A model generated the notes under the pieces. The model worked only from the letters and a program-made list of their open reading frames with translations, had not been told where the DNA came from and ran no database searches. A DNA stretch of 64,000 nucleotides from the NCBI RefSeq assembly GCF_009914755.1, contig NC_060925.1; one strand, given 5' to 3'. Each line of letters opens with the position of its first letter. The stretch's first letter is position 1. Origin of the DNA: the human T2T-CHM13v2.0 reference genome, Homo sapiens. Positions 1-14,521 of the stretch are shown here, one piece after another. Made by a program: the position numbers and the translations under genes.

Positions 1-1526
1 CGTAGCCTGATTTGATTAATTAGTCATGTGGCTTGACCATTGTTCATATGGGCATTTCTGTAACCAAATGTGAAGAATGAATTTTGAGTGTTTTCATTGT
101 ATCTTGTTTCATATTTATGTCAAATTTTTACTCCTTGAAAATATTTTAAAACGATGTTGTAGTTAATTCATCAGGATGCAGTATTGTAAAATTTGTCATG
201 GGCTTTAAAGGGGGAAACATGATTTTCTTCTTAGCTGAGAGTAAGCAATTCTCGAGGGCGTGGCTGTCTCTTCTGTTTTCAGGGTTGCCAGGTACTGGAA
301 ATGCACCTCCTCTACAACACCTCCCACTTTGGTTTTTTCAGCCACGGGGGGCTGAGTCCATAAGTTGAATTAGGTTCTTTATTTTGTAGTTGCCTCGTCA
401 CTATTTATATGTAAGGTTTTCAGATTTTAGGTACATTTTTCAGGCTACTAAAAAAACGTGAGAAAGAAACCTAGAAATTGATTATGAAGTAGAACAGGTC
501 AGCATCTTGTTTATATTTAATTATTCTCCCAAATCATTTTGTTCATGCCACAACACTTTTTGAGGCTCCAAAGAAGGTAAGGAAACTTAATGCTTTCTTA
601 TCTTGAATTTGGTGAAGTTTGTTTGGGAAGCCCTTTCTTAAGATGTGGAATTATCCAGTCAAAACCACTGAAAGCCTTTTTCTGACAGCATAAAAGCTCG
701 GACTCCCTTCCGATGGATCTTTGCTATTCTCCTATCAGCCTGACATTTGGAAGAGTTAGGGTAGCCTGCAGCCTCCACAGCTGCAGAGGCTGTGCAACAG
801 CCCCCCTGGTGGGAAGCAAGCATTTCAGGAATTTATACTGCAATCTGCAGAACTGCAAAATCTAAAACTTTTCCATTGTTTCTGTTGGAAGCAAAACCTA
901 GAGTTGTGTTTTAATACCATGAGCTACCTAAAACCAGAGAGGTTTTATTTTTATAATTTGCCTCCAGGATTACAGATAGTTCTTGGTGACTTTAACTGCA
1001 GAAAAAGATTTGAAATTATGCCAAACGAGCTTAACAGAATTTTTTACTGTCAGATAAGTTTCAAAGTTATTTTAAGTGAAAAAGGAAACTATAGAAAATG
1101 CATGGCATGTTAACTTTTATAAAAACTAACTGTTGCAGTGTCTTACTACTTCAGATCTATGGGGCTTGCTTTGCCACTGATCGCGCCTTGACCAGTTGTA
1201 ACAGCCACTTGTGATCCTCTGATAACCACACCCACCCCGCTGCAAACCTTTCTGAAAGCATTTCTGGTTGAGGCACACTGGTGCCCCCATCAGTCCTTCT
1301 GCCCAAGTCTCCCAGTTCTTTTGTTAATGACATTTGATGACTTCCAGAGTACCAAGTCATTCTCTTACATTAAAGCATACATTAAGAATATTGAAATGAA
1401 CTGTTAATTCCTTATGGAAAACTTAATTTTAGGTATCCATTTCCAGCTTCTCTCTTCCTCTCTATCATCAACCCAACTGTAGAACGTTAAACTACTAGGC
1501 ACATATGCAGCAGAGCTGAGGTCTAA

Positions 1527-1870
<344 letters not shown>

Positions 1871-3410
1871 TGCACTTGGCCATTCTTAAGATAACAACTT
1901 TGCCATTATCCATCGATTCCTCTTCCTTACCAACACAATCTATTACAGATTGTAATTTTTAAAAATTTTATAGGAGTCATTTAACATGTACTTTATACTT
2001 TTCTCCTCCCAGTTAAGCCTTTTCATCTTGCTTTGAGAACTCTAACTTTACTCCAAACCAGATGTATCCTGAGTGATACTAGTGCCACAGCTGGCCTGCT
2101 GTCACGAAAGACACCTTTGACTTTGAAAAATTTGAAAGGCTGTATATTATAATGCATTGCTCATTCTTACCTGAAGTGCAGGTGACGGAGATGACCTTCA
2201 AGGCTCTTTTTGCTCCAGAGTGTTCTGGTTCTTCTCTCAGCCTTGAGCATAGTGAGTTCAACATCTACCCTGTTCCCTAGGGTCTGTGCCCTCAGCTTAG
2301 TCATATGCTTTTGTCAAAGCCTTTCTTCAACCTAGTGTGAAAGCATGGTTCCAGTCTTCAGTTTCCTAGGAAGGGCCCTCTTATGTAGGGGCAGGAAGAA
2401 GAGGAAGACTCTGCAAAAGGGTGAGATTCTAGATAGTAGTGTCTTAAGGCTGGGACGAGGAATTCTAAGAATGAAAGAAATACCAAGTTGTCAAATGTGA
2501 AGGAGAAACTTGGGGCAAATAAAGCCTGAAGAACTGTTGGGTTTTGTAATTATGGTATTAGTGATAGCCATGGGAATTGGATGCCTGTAGAGTAGAGAGG
2601 GTGGAAATTCAGTTGCAAGGATGAAGGACTGATGGAGGGCAGAGGAACTGGAGGCAGCAGGCACAACCCACCTTGGTGAGTTGGTATCAGCCCTGTTGGG
2701 AAGCCCGTGTCCTCGATGACCATTCATGGTACAGCTGTGGAAATCTCCCAGTTGGAGTCTTGTCTGCTTTGGAACCAACTGTGAAGCTCCCCAAGTGAAG
2801 ATCGGATGGACCTAACTTCTGTGCACAGATATTTAATTCTGATTTTATCCTTCAGAGTTGGATAGCTCCCCAGTGAGGAGGCAGCACATCTAGAGTTACA
2901 TATAGTTTTAAATTTAATTCATTTAAATCACCAAATGCATGAGCCTTCACTGTTGTGATGAATTTTTAATGTAACTTGAGCAAGGCTCCCAGAATTTTGC
3001 ATTCTCTCTACTGCCTGAACATTTTAAGGTGAAACATTATTCTCTAGAATTTCCTACTGTGTCTGTCCAATTTATTAGGCTAGTAGAACATAGTCCAGAC
3101 CTAGGTTAAATTTTTCATGTGACGCTTTAGGCAATTTTAATTTTGTAACTCATATCCCAGGCATCAGTGGTATAATGCTATACATAGTCTTAGAAAATAG
3201 TCATTATGGCTGTTGAATGTCTTTGTATGGTAACTATTTCACTACAAAATCCAGTTTTATTGATATTACTCAGTGGTGAATCATACTTGTTCAGATCAGG
3301 GTTCTGTGCTGTTGACTTGTTTCTGGCACAGGATAAAATAGAAATAAAAAAAAGCATTCCAATTTGATTGTTGCTTTTTTTTTTTTAAACTATAAATGCA
3401 GTTTAAGTCT

Positions 3411-3710
<300 letters not shown>

Positions 3711-3800
3711 GATGCAAGTCTTTATGCAACTTTTTTCACTTGCACTTGAAACCAGTGAAATAATGGATCTGTAGAGTGCTTTGTAAAGTAAGGTATGCTG

Positions 3801-4102
3801 CTGGATGCCGTGACTACATCTGTAATCCCAGCACTTTTGAGAGGCCAAGGCAAGAGGATTGCTGAGCCCAGGAGTTCGAGACCAGCCTGGACAACAGCAA
3901 GATCTTGTCTCTACAAAAAAGAAACAAAATTTAGTCAGGCATGGTATCACATGCCTGTAGTTTCAGCTACATAGGAGGCTGAGGCAGGAGGGATCACCTG
4001 AGCCCAGGAGGTCGAGGCTGCAGTGAATCGAGATCATGCCATCGCACTCTAGCCTGAATGACAGAGTGAGAGACAGAGTAAGACCCTGTCTCAAAAGAAA
4101 AA
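3801..4102 (+). mobile_element. Alu (AluJ-type)
   Basis: tgtaatcccagcactttt...accctgtctcaaaagaaaaa; head-to-head with the previous Alu. Confidence 0.9.
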
Positions 4103-4132
4103 GTATGCATATTAAGTCATTATTGATATTAA

Positions 4133-4930
<798 letters not shown>

Positions 4931-5222
4931 TAAGTGGCAGGGGCATCAGTTTTACAATAAGGGCGCACAGTACAGGCCCAAGAATGAATATACTACATTG
5001 GTCTTATTCTCAGCAACTAAGTACACAGTTAAACATTATTTTTGGCATGTGAGCACCTTGATGCAGTAGATAACTGCTGTTTTCCTTCTGTTGTATTCAA
5101 TTTCTCATCTTGATGTATTCATTTCTTTTCCTCATGCACATAGTGTTGTCCTGTCCCTCTGCTGTTCCTTGTCATCATTTCCATTTCACTTCCCTCGTGT
5201 TTCATTCCTCTTTCTTGTCTAG

Positions 5223-5278
5223 ACCAAGCGGAGCAGCCAGCTGGCAGTAGCGCCCTGTAGGACCCCCAGGACCCGATG
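5223..5278 (+). other. PRDM2: Candidate 56-nt cassette exon in PRDM2 intron 6
   Basis: About 80 nt of pyrimidine-rich sequence ends tcttgtctAG (5221-5222). A GC-rich body is followed by the perfect donor ATG|GTAAGT at 5279. Confidence 0.6.
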
Positions 5279-5955
5279 GTAAGTGCACTTGTGTGCTTGC
5301 CAGGCCTCCCAGCGGCTCCTGCTCCTCTGCCTCACAGAGAGAAGCTCACAAATGCCATCTCCCCTCTGTAAATGTCCTTATGGGTTTGGTTTTTTCTTTT
5401 AATTTGATGACATATAGGACAGAAATCAGGTGTCAGAAGAAATCAGTACTGGTTTAAGGAAATGTAGCAGGTTCCACCGCCTGTTGCTGCAATATTTGGC
5501 GGTTGTGAGGGACACCAAGCCTGTGTATGTGTGGGCAGGACCCCTGGTTCTGCTTTCTGTTCTGCCATAGGCTAATTACTTCCCCTCTGGCGCTGGCCTT
5601 CACTTTCTCCCACAAAATTGAAGGCAGGACAGGTGATTTCAATAGCCCCTTCATCTCTAGTCCAAGGCCCTCACGATGAGACGTAACTTAACTGATGGTT
5701 CTCATGAAGATTGAGAACATTGTTCCAGGTGTCAGATAATCTCAATTCCATGGATGAATGATATAGACTTGTGATAGACTCATTTCCTTGATAAACTAAG
5801 TGTGTTGGTATTCACCAAATTTAGTTTGGTGGTAAATTTAGTTCTTCATCTCTCCATTTTTAGAATTGGCTTATTAGTGTTATTCAAGTACTTTTTGTAG
5901 TTTTTAATACATGTATAGACCGTCGAGTGTGATCCAGAAATGCATTGATCTAGTC

Positions 5956-6170
5956 CAGTGGTTCTTAACCTGGGGAAATCTTCTCCCCAGGGGACATCTG
6001 GCCATGTCTAGAGACTTTGGATTGTCACAGTTAGAAGGGGGGGTGCCACTAGCATCTAGTAAATAGTGGCTACAGGTGCAGTTAAACATCTTCCAGTGCA
6101 TCAGACAGCCCACCCCACAGCCAAGGATGATCTGGCCCAGATGTCGTTCATGCTGCGGTTGAGGCGCCTT
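5956..6170. mobile_element. MER20 (hAT-Charlie DNA transposon)
   Basis: cagtggttcttaacctgggg...ggggacatctggccatgtctagagac...ggcccagatgtc, typical of MER20. Confidence 0.8.
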
Positions 6171-7554
6171 GGTACCCTGTAGTGGTCTGTGGCGGGATCC
6201 CCTCCTTAGTCCTCTGATAAGATACTGGAGATGTACCTACTGCAAATGGCTTCTCCTCACAGTGGATTGGGTTTCCAGGGTCATGGCTTTTAAAGAGGAC
6301 ACCTGGAGAGAGAAAAGGGAGTTCTCGCTGATTAGGTTTTGTTTGTCCAATAAAGGACATTTGACATTTAGTATCAGCTAGGTGCTCTAACATTCTTTTA
6401 GGTAGGGAATAAAACTTAAAATAGCACTTATGTTTTAGACAGTTATGTGATTTCATTTTGAGTGCATCTTAATGGTATTAAGATTGTACTTCCTTTTGTT
6501 AAGATATAAATCTAGACATTTTACTTATTTAATACTCTATTTACATGTAGAACAGTGTACTTGGCTTTTTATATGACCTACAGACTGGGTTTGTACAACA
6601 CTTGGGAGGTTGTAGAAAAATCTTTGCATTTTTTTTTGCAAGTGACTGTATTACAAGAAATTGACATCGGTTTTTCTATTAAATTTTACACTGTGGCCCT
6701 TCTTTAAATGTGTGTGAGGTTTATGCAAGGAGTGAAGGTTTAGATTACACCTCTCCATTTTAATTTATTTTAAAAGCTCATACTAAGTAAGTACTAAGTA
6801 AATGATCAGTAAAAAAAGGCCACATTCCTTGGCCTGTTTGGGGTTACCTGAGGGGTATGTCTTATAAAAATGTCATTGTTTGGGTTCAGAGAAAAAGTTT
6901 CTGAATATGATTTTTGAATCTGTGGGCTACACCAGGAACTCTCTCTTCACATGGTAATAAAAGAAGCCGTGAATTTCCTCACACATCAGTTGCAGCACAG
7001 AGAAGTTATGTTATGTCAGTAGTCATTATATTTGCATTATGGATGTGGGTGGGCGATAAGCATTTTGTTTGCTCTCAGTAATCTAATACGGGCTGAGCAT
7101 CACACACAGGCAGAACTAGCTTATGTCATAAGCATAAGAAAACTGATGGAAAGGAGGTAGAATCCAAATTCCCTTAAACAAAACTGGATCCCTGAAGAAC
7201 CTTTGTCATTATCTGATTTAGACAAAATGCTGTTAAGTTGACAAAGGGAGAAAGAGTCACAAGAGGACGTTATGCCTGTGGAAAGGTGCTTAGATGTTTG
7301 TGCCCCTTATGGAGGGGATTGGCTTATAATTCTTCACCTGGAGACGTGTGTTGGTCATCTCCATGCAGATCCTTCACTCTTGTTATCACCAGAGTGTGGT
7401 CCCGGTGAAGTGTGTGCTCGTTTTTTGAGTTCCATTTTAAGTGCCTTTGGAAATGAATGGATAGACAGGCTATCAGGAATTTATTTGCTCAAACCCTGAT
7501 AAACGTAGTGGCAAAAACATCGGATTTCCTATGGGCTGAAGAATTAGGTATGTA

Positions 7555-7878
<324 letters not shown>

Positions 7879-9118
7879 TTACGTTTTAAGACTAACAAGC
7901 AAAATGACTGTTAAGGTTATGTCTCAAATTTTTGTCAAAATCTGGTGGTGTTTTTTAGGATTTGTTTTTGCTTTGTATTGTATTTGATGTTTCTACTTTT
8001 AATCTAGATGTTTTCAATGATGCTATTTTATGTCTCTGACCTCATTTTTGTCTGTTTACATTTTTAGCTAATTATGCTTCCCGGTAGTGATTCTCTGTTA
8101 TGGAGTATGTAACTTTACGTGTATATAGCAGCTTTAAGTCGTTTTTAGTTTGATTTTACTAATGCAGAGATAAAAGGTGTCAGAGGCTTGTAGTTCTGGA
8201 AGCTGGTGGAGGTTTGTCTGGGGGAGAGCAGCGGAGAAAAAGGAGGATTGTTACGGAAGAATGGGGATCTGTCTGGATCTGAAGACTGAAACACCAGCTT
8301 CCAGAAAAATAGAAATCTGGTAATTAAAAAATGTAAAAGAAAGGTTGCAAATTCTGGTTAAATCCTAAAGAAACTGGGCTTCTGACTTCTTCAGTATTAT
8401 TACTCCTATAGATAATTGTTTCTTATCTTCATGACTTTAGTTCCGTTGTTCCAACTTATGAGAACGATGTTGCAATTTAATCTTACCTTGTAAACGTATG
8501 GTATCACTTGGAATGCAGTCAGTGTTTCTGAATTCCATCCTCTGAATTGTTAATGAAATATTGACCTGGACTGGACCTACAGTCAGATCCCTTAGGGCTC
8601 TCAGAGTGCCATGCTGGTGGACAGTGAATTATTCATAATTACTCTGCATTTGGTATTTGAGCCATTGTGAATGTGTATCTTTTGAAATTCCGCAGAATCT
8701 CTGCTTCTCTTGTTTTGCTTCCAACAATTATGGATAATCATGTCTTAGCTAAAAGGGCCCCAAGTTATAACATACTGTTTTTCTCTAATATGCTTCTTAC
8801 AAATAGCCAATCCCTATTAGCTGTGTGGCATTGAAATTCAATGCTATTACTAATTTTCCTTTGACATCAATAGTAACGTTACCTCATAATTTGATAGTCA
8901 TTATAGCTATGAAGGGAACTAATGCCCAAGATTCTCAAAAATGCAAGATTGATGTGTTTCTTTCTTTTCCCCTCTGTCATAATTTACCTATATAACAGAG
9001 TATTTACAGTCATCATTCATTCCTTTCTTTAGGAATCCAAAGTGGTAATTGCCCAGGAATATACAGTGTTCTTGATTGGATTAATAATTATCTTCAGTAA
9101 TTCAGAATAACACATGAG

Positions 9119-9171
9119 GGAATGAATGAATGAATAAATAAAAAAAAAATGAATGAATAAATTAAAAAAAA
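9119..9171 (+). repeat. (AATG)n / poly-A low-complexity tract just upstream of the exon 7 acceptor
   Basis: ggaatgaatgaatgaataaataaaaaaaaaatgaatgaataaattaaaaaaaa. Confidence 0.85.
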
Positions 9172-9182
9172 TTGTGTTTCAG

Positions 9183-9293
9183 GGAAGAAAAAATCCCAGG
9201 AAAATAAAAACAAAGGAAACAAAATCCAAGACATACAACTGAAGACAAGTGAGCCAGATTTCACCTCTGCAAATATGAGAGATTCTGCAGAAG
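9183..9293 (+). CDS. PRDM2: PRDM2 coding exon 7 (111 nt, phase 1/1): (G)KKKSQENKNKGNKIQDIQLKTSEPDFTSANMRDSAE(G); contains RIZ2 initiator ATG at 9275-9277
   Basis: Acceptor tttcAG ends at 9182 and donor AAG|GTAAGC starts at 9294. The translation matches the recalled RIZ1 segment after the PR domain and joins exon 8 in frame (GPKEDEEK). Confidence 0.96.
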
Positions 9294-9500
9294 GTAAGCT
9301 TGTGATATTGGCTTGGTCTGAATTGGGTGTGTATGTACCCAGTGAATTTAACTTTGTATCTCTTTATATTGTCCTTCTGAGAATCATTTAGGATCTTTAC
9401 GAGGTTAAACAGCAAAAAAGCTGCCTAAATTTAATGTGGTAAGCTGAGCCTTCTATATGCTACCTTCCCTTCAAACAATTGTGAAAGACTTTTCTTCTTA

Positions 9501-9845
<345 letters not shown>

Positions 9846-9869
9846 GAAACATATGATTGCATTTAAAAA

Positions 9870-10062
9870 TAGCATGAAGTTCAAAACCATCAAAAAATAG
9901 TGATAGCAAGGACATGAGGAGGCACCTGGGGTGCTCGCTGTTTTCTATTATTCATCTGTGGAATGGTCACATGGGTATATATATTTAGTGAAAATTTTAT
10001 CTTGCTATATACTCAACTATTTGTACACTTTAATACATGTACGTTTTATACTTCAAATTAAG
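9870..10062 (+). mobile_element. Old L1 (L1ME-like) 3'-end fragment
   Basis: gtcacatgggtatatatatttagtgaaaattttatc...tgtacactt...tatacttcaa resembles L1M 3' ends. Confidence 0.55.
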
Positions 10063-10799
10063 CATTTACTTACAATGTCAGAGACTTTGATTTTTGTATA
10101 ACAGAACAAAAAGTATACAGAATGAAGTGTGTTTCTGTTTTTTGTTGGAATTTAAATTCTTATTTTGTCTCTTCGTGTTTGTCCCCTTAAAATTTTCTCC
10201 TTTATAGTCCCTCTGGTGATAATATTCTAGGCCTGCCACGACGTAAGAATCCAACCAAGAGGCATGGATTGAAAGTTAATCAGAAAGACAGCTTGCCCTC
10301 TGCTCATTGCAGTTGGGCCACCATATTGAGACTATTGATACAGAAGGGAAGGAGGTGTGTCTTAATTTGCCATGGGCAAATTTTTGCAGATTGCAGCTTA
10401 CTTGAGTTGTTTATAGTGAGCCAAGTAGGCAAATTTCAGAAGACAGGTTTGTGACTCTTTTAAGAAATATTTGTAGAGGAAAATAACCAGAATATTTTGG
10501 ATGCCTTTCATAACCATTTTTAAGCACTGTTTGTGATGATAACATTCATAAAAGATATAATTTTCTGTGAAACAAGAATAGTCAAGTTCATTTCCCAGAG
10601 TCTTAAGACTAAGTTCTGCCTCCTCATTGCAGGTGTGCCGAGAGTTTTTTTTGAACAACAAAAATTACTAAGGAACCTCACTACCTTTGGCGGTAGAATT
10701 AGAAAACAGATTCAGCAGTCACCTACTCCCCTTCAGTAATTCGAGACAATTATTTTTCTCCTGACACAACATCAGGTCCCATGAAAAATGACACTTGCT

Positions 10800-11092
10800 G
10801 GCCTGGCGCGGTGGCTCACGCCTGTAATCCCAGCACTTTGGGAGGCCGAGGCGGGTGGATCACAAGGTCAGGAGATCGAGACTATCCTGGCTAACATGGT
10901 GAAACCCCGTCTCTACTAAAAATACAAAAAAATTAGCCAGGCGTGGTGGTGGGCGCCTGTAGTCCGGGAGGCTGAGGCAGGAAAATGGTGTGAACCCAGG
11001 AGGCGGAGCTTGCAGTGAGCCGAGATCGTGCCACTGCACTCCAGCCTGGGCGACAGAGCGAGACTCCGTCTCAAAAAAAAAAAAAAAAGAAA
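10800..11092 (+). mobile_element. AluY with small internal deletion
   Basis: TSD gaaaaatgacacttgct at 10783 and 11089; lacks the cagctactc segment. Confidence 0.93.
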
Positions 11093-12679
11093 AATGACAC
11101 TTGCTCTTCACCCCCCAGTATTTGGCACAGCTGGTCAAAGTGGTGTCGTAGGCTTCCGCTGAATGTTCTGCGTTGTCCTCAGCAAATGGTCTATACCATG
11201 AGCAAACAGTTCAGACTCTTCTTTGTGCTCCCAAACCTCCCTTTATGTTCAAAACTCCAGAGACCACATAAAGTGCGTGGATCCACTCTGGCATGGGCCG
11301 TGCTTGTTAATGGAGCTGTGCAGACTTCGGTTTATGTTACTTTGGACAGTTTTATATCTGGGATTGTTTACCAGTCATGGGGAAAGACATTTTTTCCCCA
11401 TCAAAAGAAGCCACAGATTTTGACTGAAAATAAAGTCTGTTAGGAAATTTCTGAGCCTTAGAGTTGGCGTTTTCTGTTGTCTCATTTCAACTCTTTTGGC
11501 AGTATTCGGGGTCTCTATTGAAAATATCTTTGAAAAGAGAGGTAGCTCCTAATTTGAAATATGTTACTACTGTCGAATGACTGGTTTCCCACTTTGTGGA
11601 AAGCTCATGGAATTTATGAAATTAGTCTAGGGGGAGAGAAGGCTGTTTCTGTTTGGAAACAGAAACCTCATTGCTAGTAAATGGAGTAGCAGATGGGAAA
11701 CAGTAATTCCCGATATTCCTGGGAAACAGCAAGGAGGCTAGGACTGAATAAGTGAGCTTGTATGAGTAATACTTGGCATTGACCTCTTCCCCACTGTATC
11801 CACGCAGTCCCCATGTCCAGTAGCAGGCCTCTCAGATCGTGAGGGTCTGGCTGCTCTTTTCTGCCTCCACTGCCTCTTCCCCTTTCCTTCTTAGCACAGC
11901 AGCCAGCATCTCCATTCTCATTCTGCTCTGCCAGTCTTGCTCCTCGGCCTCCAGTGATGACCTTCCCCCATCCCTTCACCCACCCTGCAGCCGAATCTCC
12001 CAGATGGCAGTCTCCTGCTTTCAGATACCTTCAGTGGCTCCCCACTGTCCCCAGATAAGTCCACATTAATTTACAGTGTTCTCTATGTTTTGACTCTTTT
12101 CTGCTTGCTTTTCCTCTTCTGTCCTTAATTCTTGTATTCTTCAGGTTCTGTCTGCTTAGTCCTTTCTCTAAGAAGCCTTTCCTGATTAATCAAACCCATA
12201 TGAGATGCTTCCGTACCACACTCACTTCCATAAACACAGCCATCAATGTTCTACAGTTTCGTTGCCTTCCTGCTTGTGTGTGGCTTGTATTAAAGTGAAG
12301 CTCTCTATGGGTAAGGATCGTGACAGTCTTGTTTACCTAGTACTGGCAGATAGTGGGTGCTAAGTCAGTATTTGCAAGTGATTGGGGGAACAGCCAGGTA
12401 ATGTAGCCTGGAGAAGAAGTCAGAATAGCTCTGCCTCCTCCGTGGAACCTTTCTTAACTCTCCTAGTGCCTGCAGTAGAGGGGTCCGCTTCTGCAGTGCA
12501 GCAAGTGGGACTGTCGCGACAGCAGCATTGGGGACCATTCCTACTAGCACGAAACCGCGATTACAGCTTCCGTCTTTAAGAATCCCCTCTTGTCCCTGTG
12601 TTTTCTTCCAGTCTCTTCTCCATTTCTTTTTCTTTACAGGTAAACTTGAAAGAGTTGCTAATAGTCTCCCTGTCTCTCC

Positions 12680-13830
12680 ATCTCCTTCCATTCTCTTAGG
12701 AACTCTGTTAGACATTTGTCCCCACTACTCCACTTGCTGTCACAATCACAAGACCTCTGCCTTGGCAGATGGAATGTTCCATTCTCAGTCCTCATTTTAT
12801 CCAACCCATCAGGAGTTCTGGACACAGCTGATCATGCCCTCCTTGAAGCAGTTTCTTTACTTTGCCAAAGGACCACCACTCTCTTGGTTCTCTGGATACC
12901 TCACTGGCCTTTCCCCCAGCCTCAGTCGTGGAGTCATCTGGGACACAATCCTCTCATCCCTCTTCTGCCTGCGTTCACTTGCCAGGTGACCTCATCCAGT
13001 CCAGTGCTCTAAATACCTTCTCTGGCCTTCTCTAGGACTTTGAAATTTCTAGGCCAGCCTCTTTGTTGAATTCCAGATTCATATAAAGCTGTCTACTTAA
13101 TATATTTACTTGGATGTCTATAATCAGGTACCTTAAACTTTAGCACGTCTGAAGTAAGCTCTTGATTTCCCCCACAACACGCACATGCACACAGACCACA
13201 GTTGCTTCTCTTGTGGTCTTCCAACGTTTTATTAGCCAGGATTATTGCAGTTGCGTGGAATCTCCTCTTCTCTCTCACCACAGCCAGTCAGCAGGCATGT
13301 TGTCAACTTCATTGACAAAATATATCCAGAGCACTTGTAGTCCCGCCCTGCTGCCACCCCTGTGCCACCATCCTGCCTCTCCTGGAGGATGCATTGGGCC
13401 CCATCTTTCCATCTGCCTCCACCCTTGTCACCTAGGGTTCACTATCTTCCTTGTAGTAACCAGAGTGATTCTCTTGAATACAAGTCAGATTATATATTTC
13501 CGTTAGATCTTTCTGGTAGCTCCCTGTTTTCACTCAAGAGTAAAAGCCAGCAGCCTGCAGGGGCTTGTGTAAGTAGGCCCCTGTTTGCATCTCTAGTCTT
13601 ACCTCCTGCCCTCACTTTGCCCAGCTTCCCCACCTCACCTCACTGATGTCTTTGCTGTTCTTTGAATGCATCTAGTATGTTCTTGACTCAGCGCTTATGC
13701 ATTTTGAGGGTTCCTCTATCCAGTAGGGCTCCTCCTCCCACCCCCCCCCCAATATTTGCATGCCTCATTTTCCTTAGGTCTCTCCTCCACTGTCACCTTC
13801 TAAGCAAGTCCTTCCCTGACTGCCTTCTAC
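12680..13830 (+). mobile_element. L2 LINE remnant
   Basis: cagtcctcattt...gacacagctgatcatgccctccttgaa...tccagattcatata...ttggatgtcta...aaactt, L2 ORF2/3' motifs. Confidence 0.7.
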
Positions 13831-14521
13831 CACCCACCTCAGGTGGGCTAGGCCTAGGGACTCCGAAGTGACTGCAGATTTCTGTTCCCTTCAGTGAGAT
13901 GCTCCTGAGTTCTTAATAACTTGGCTAGGCTTAGAAGAGATGATCTCCAAAGATTGTCTAGCTTGAAAAACTTGTGATTACATGATTCTGGAAAATGTTC
14001 TAGCTTCTGAGAATAACATTTTATTTAAGAGGGAGAGAGGATCATTTACTCCAGACAGACTTCCAAGGATCTAACCTGGTGATATGTCTGGTAAAGAACT
14101 GTTTCCAGTTTGGAATCATGAGAAATTAGAATTTACAACTACTCCTAAAATGTAGTAGTGACTACTCCAACACGATTTTAAACACTACAGTTTCTGTCAA
14201 CAGAGTTGTATCTGTGTGCAACTAAACACAAATCCCCAGCTCCACACGGACATCCTTGTCTGTTGCGCTCGTGTGTGTCCTCACTGCCGGGAATATTGCC
14301 TGGTACGTGGCTGGTACCCTAAATACTTGTTGAATGAAGTGGATTCATATCCAATACAACTTTGTCAATTAAGTATATAAAGTAGAAGTAATTTATTGTT
14401 CATCATCATCTCCCTTATGTTTTAGGTGGTAAGAGAAATAACTTGAATCATTCAGATTGTTCACCAAGTAGCTGGTTTCCCATGCTTCACTTCCATGCTT
14501 CTGCTTCCATGTGCTTTCTAG

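Noticed and set aside
798-812. CTCF-like cagcccccctggtgg
   Set aside because: An extra G breaks the conserved GGC position of the core, so the match is weak.
12601-12645. Pyrimidine tract followed by CAG|GTAAAC (recursive-splice-like site)
   Set aside because: The intron is only about 5 kb, the donor is weak and the site abuts an L2 remnant. Recursive sites are mostly in very long introns.
14443-14521. N-terminal 26 aa of the 1499-aa ORF (MNHSDCS...)
   Set aside because: It starts at an intronic TTG and runs through the acceptor tract. The real exon begins at 14522.
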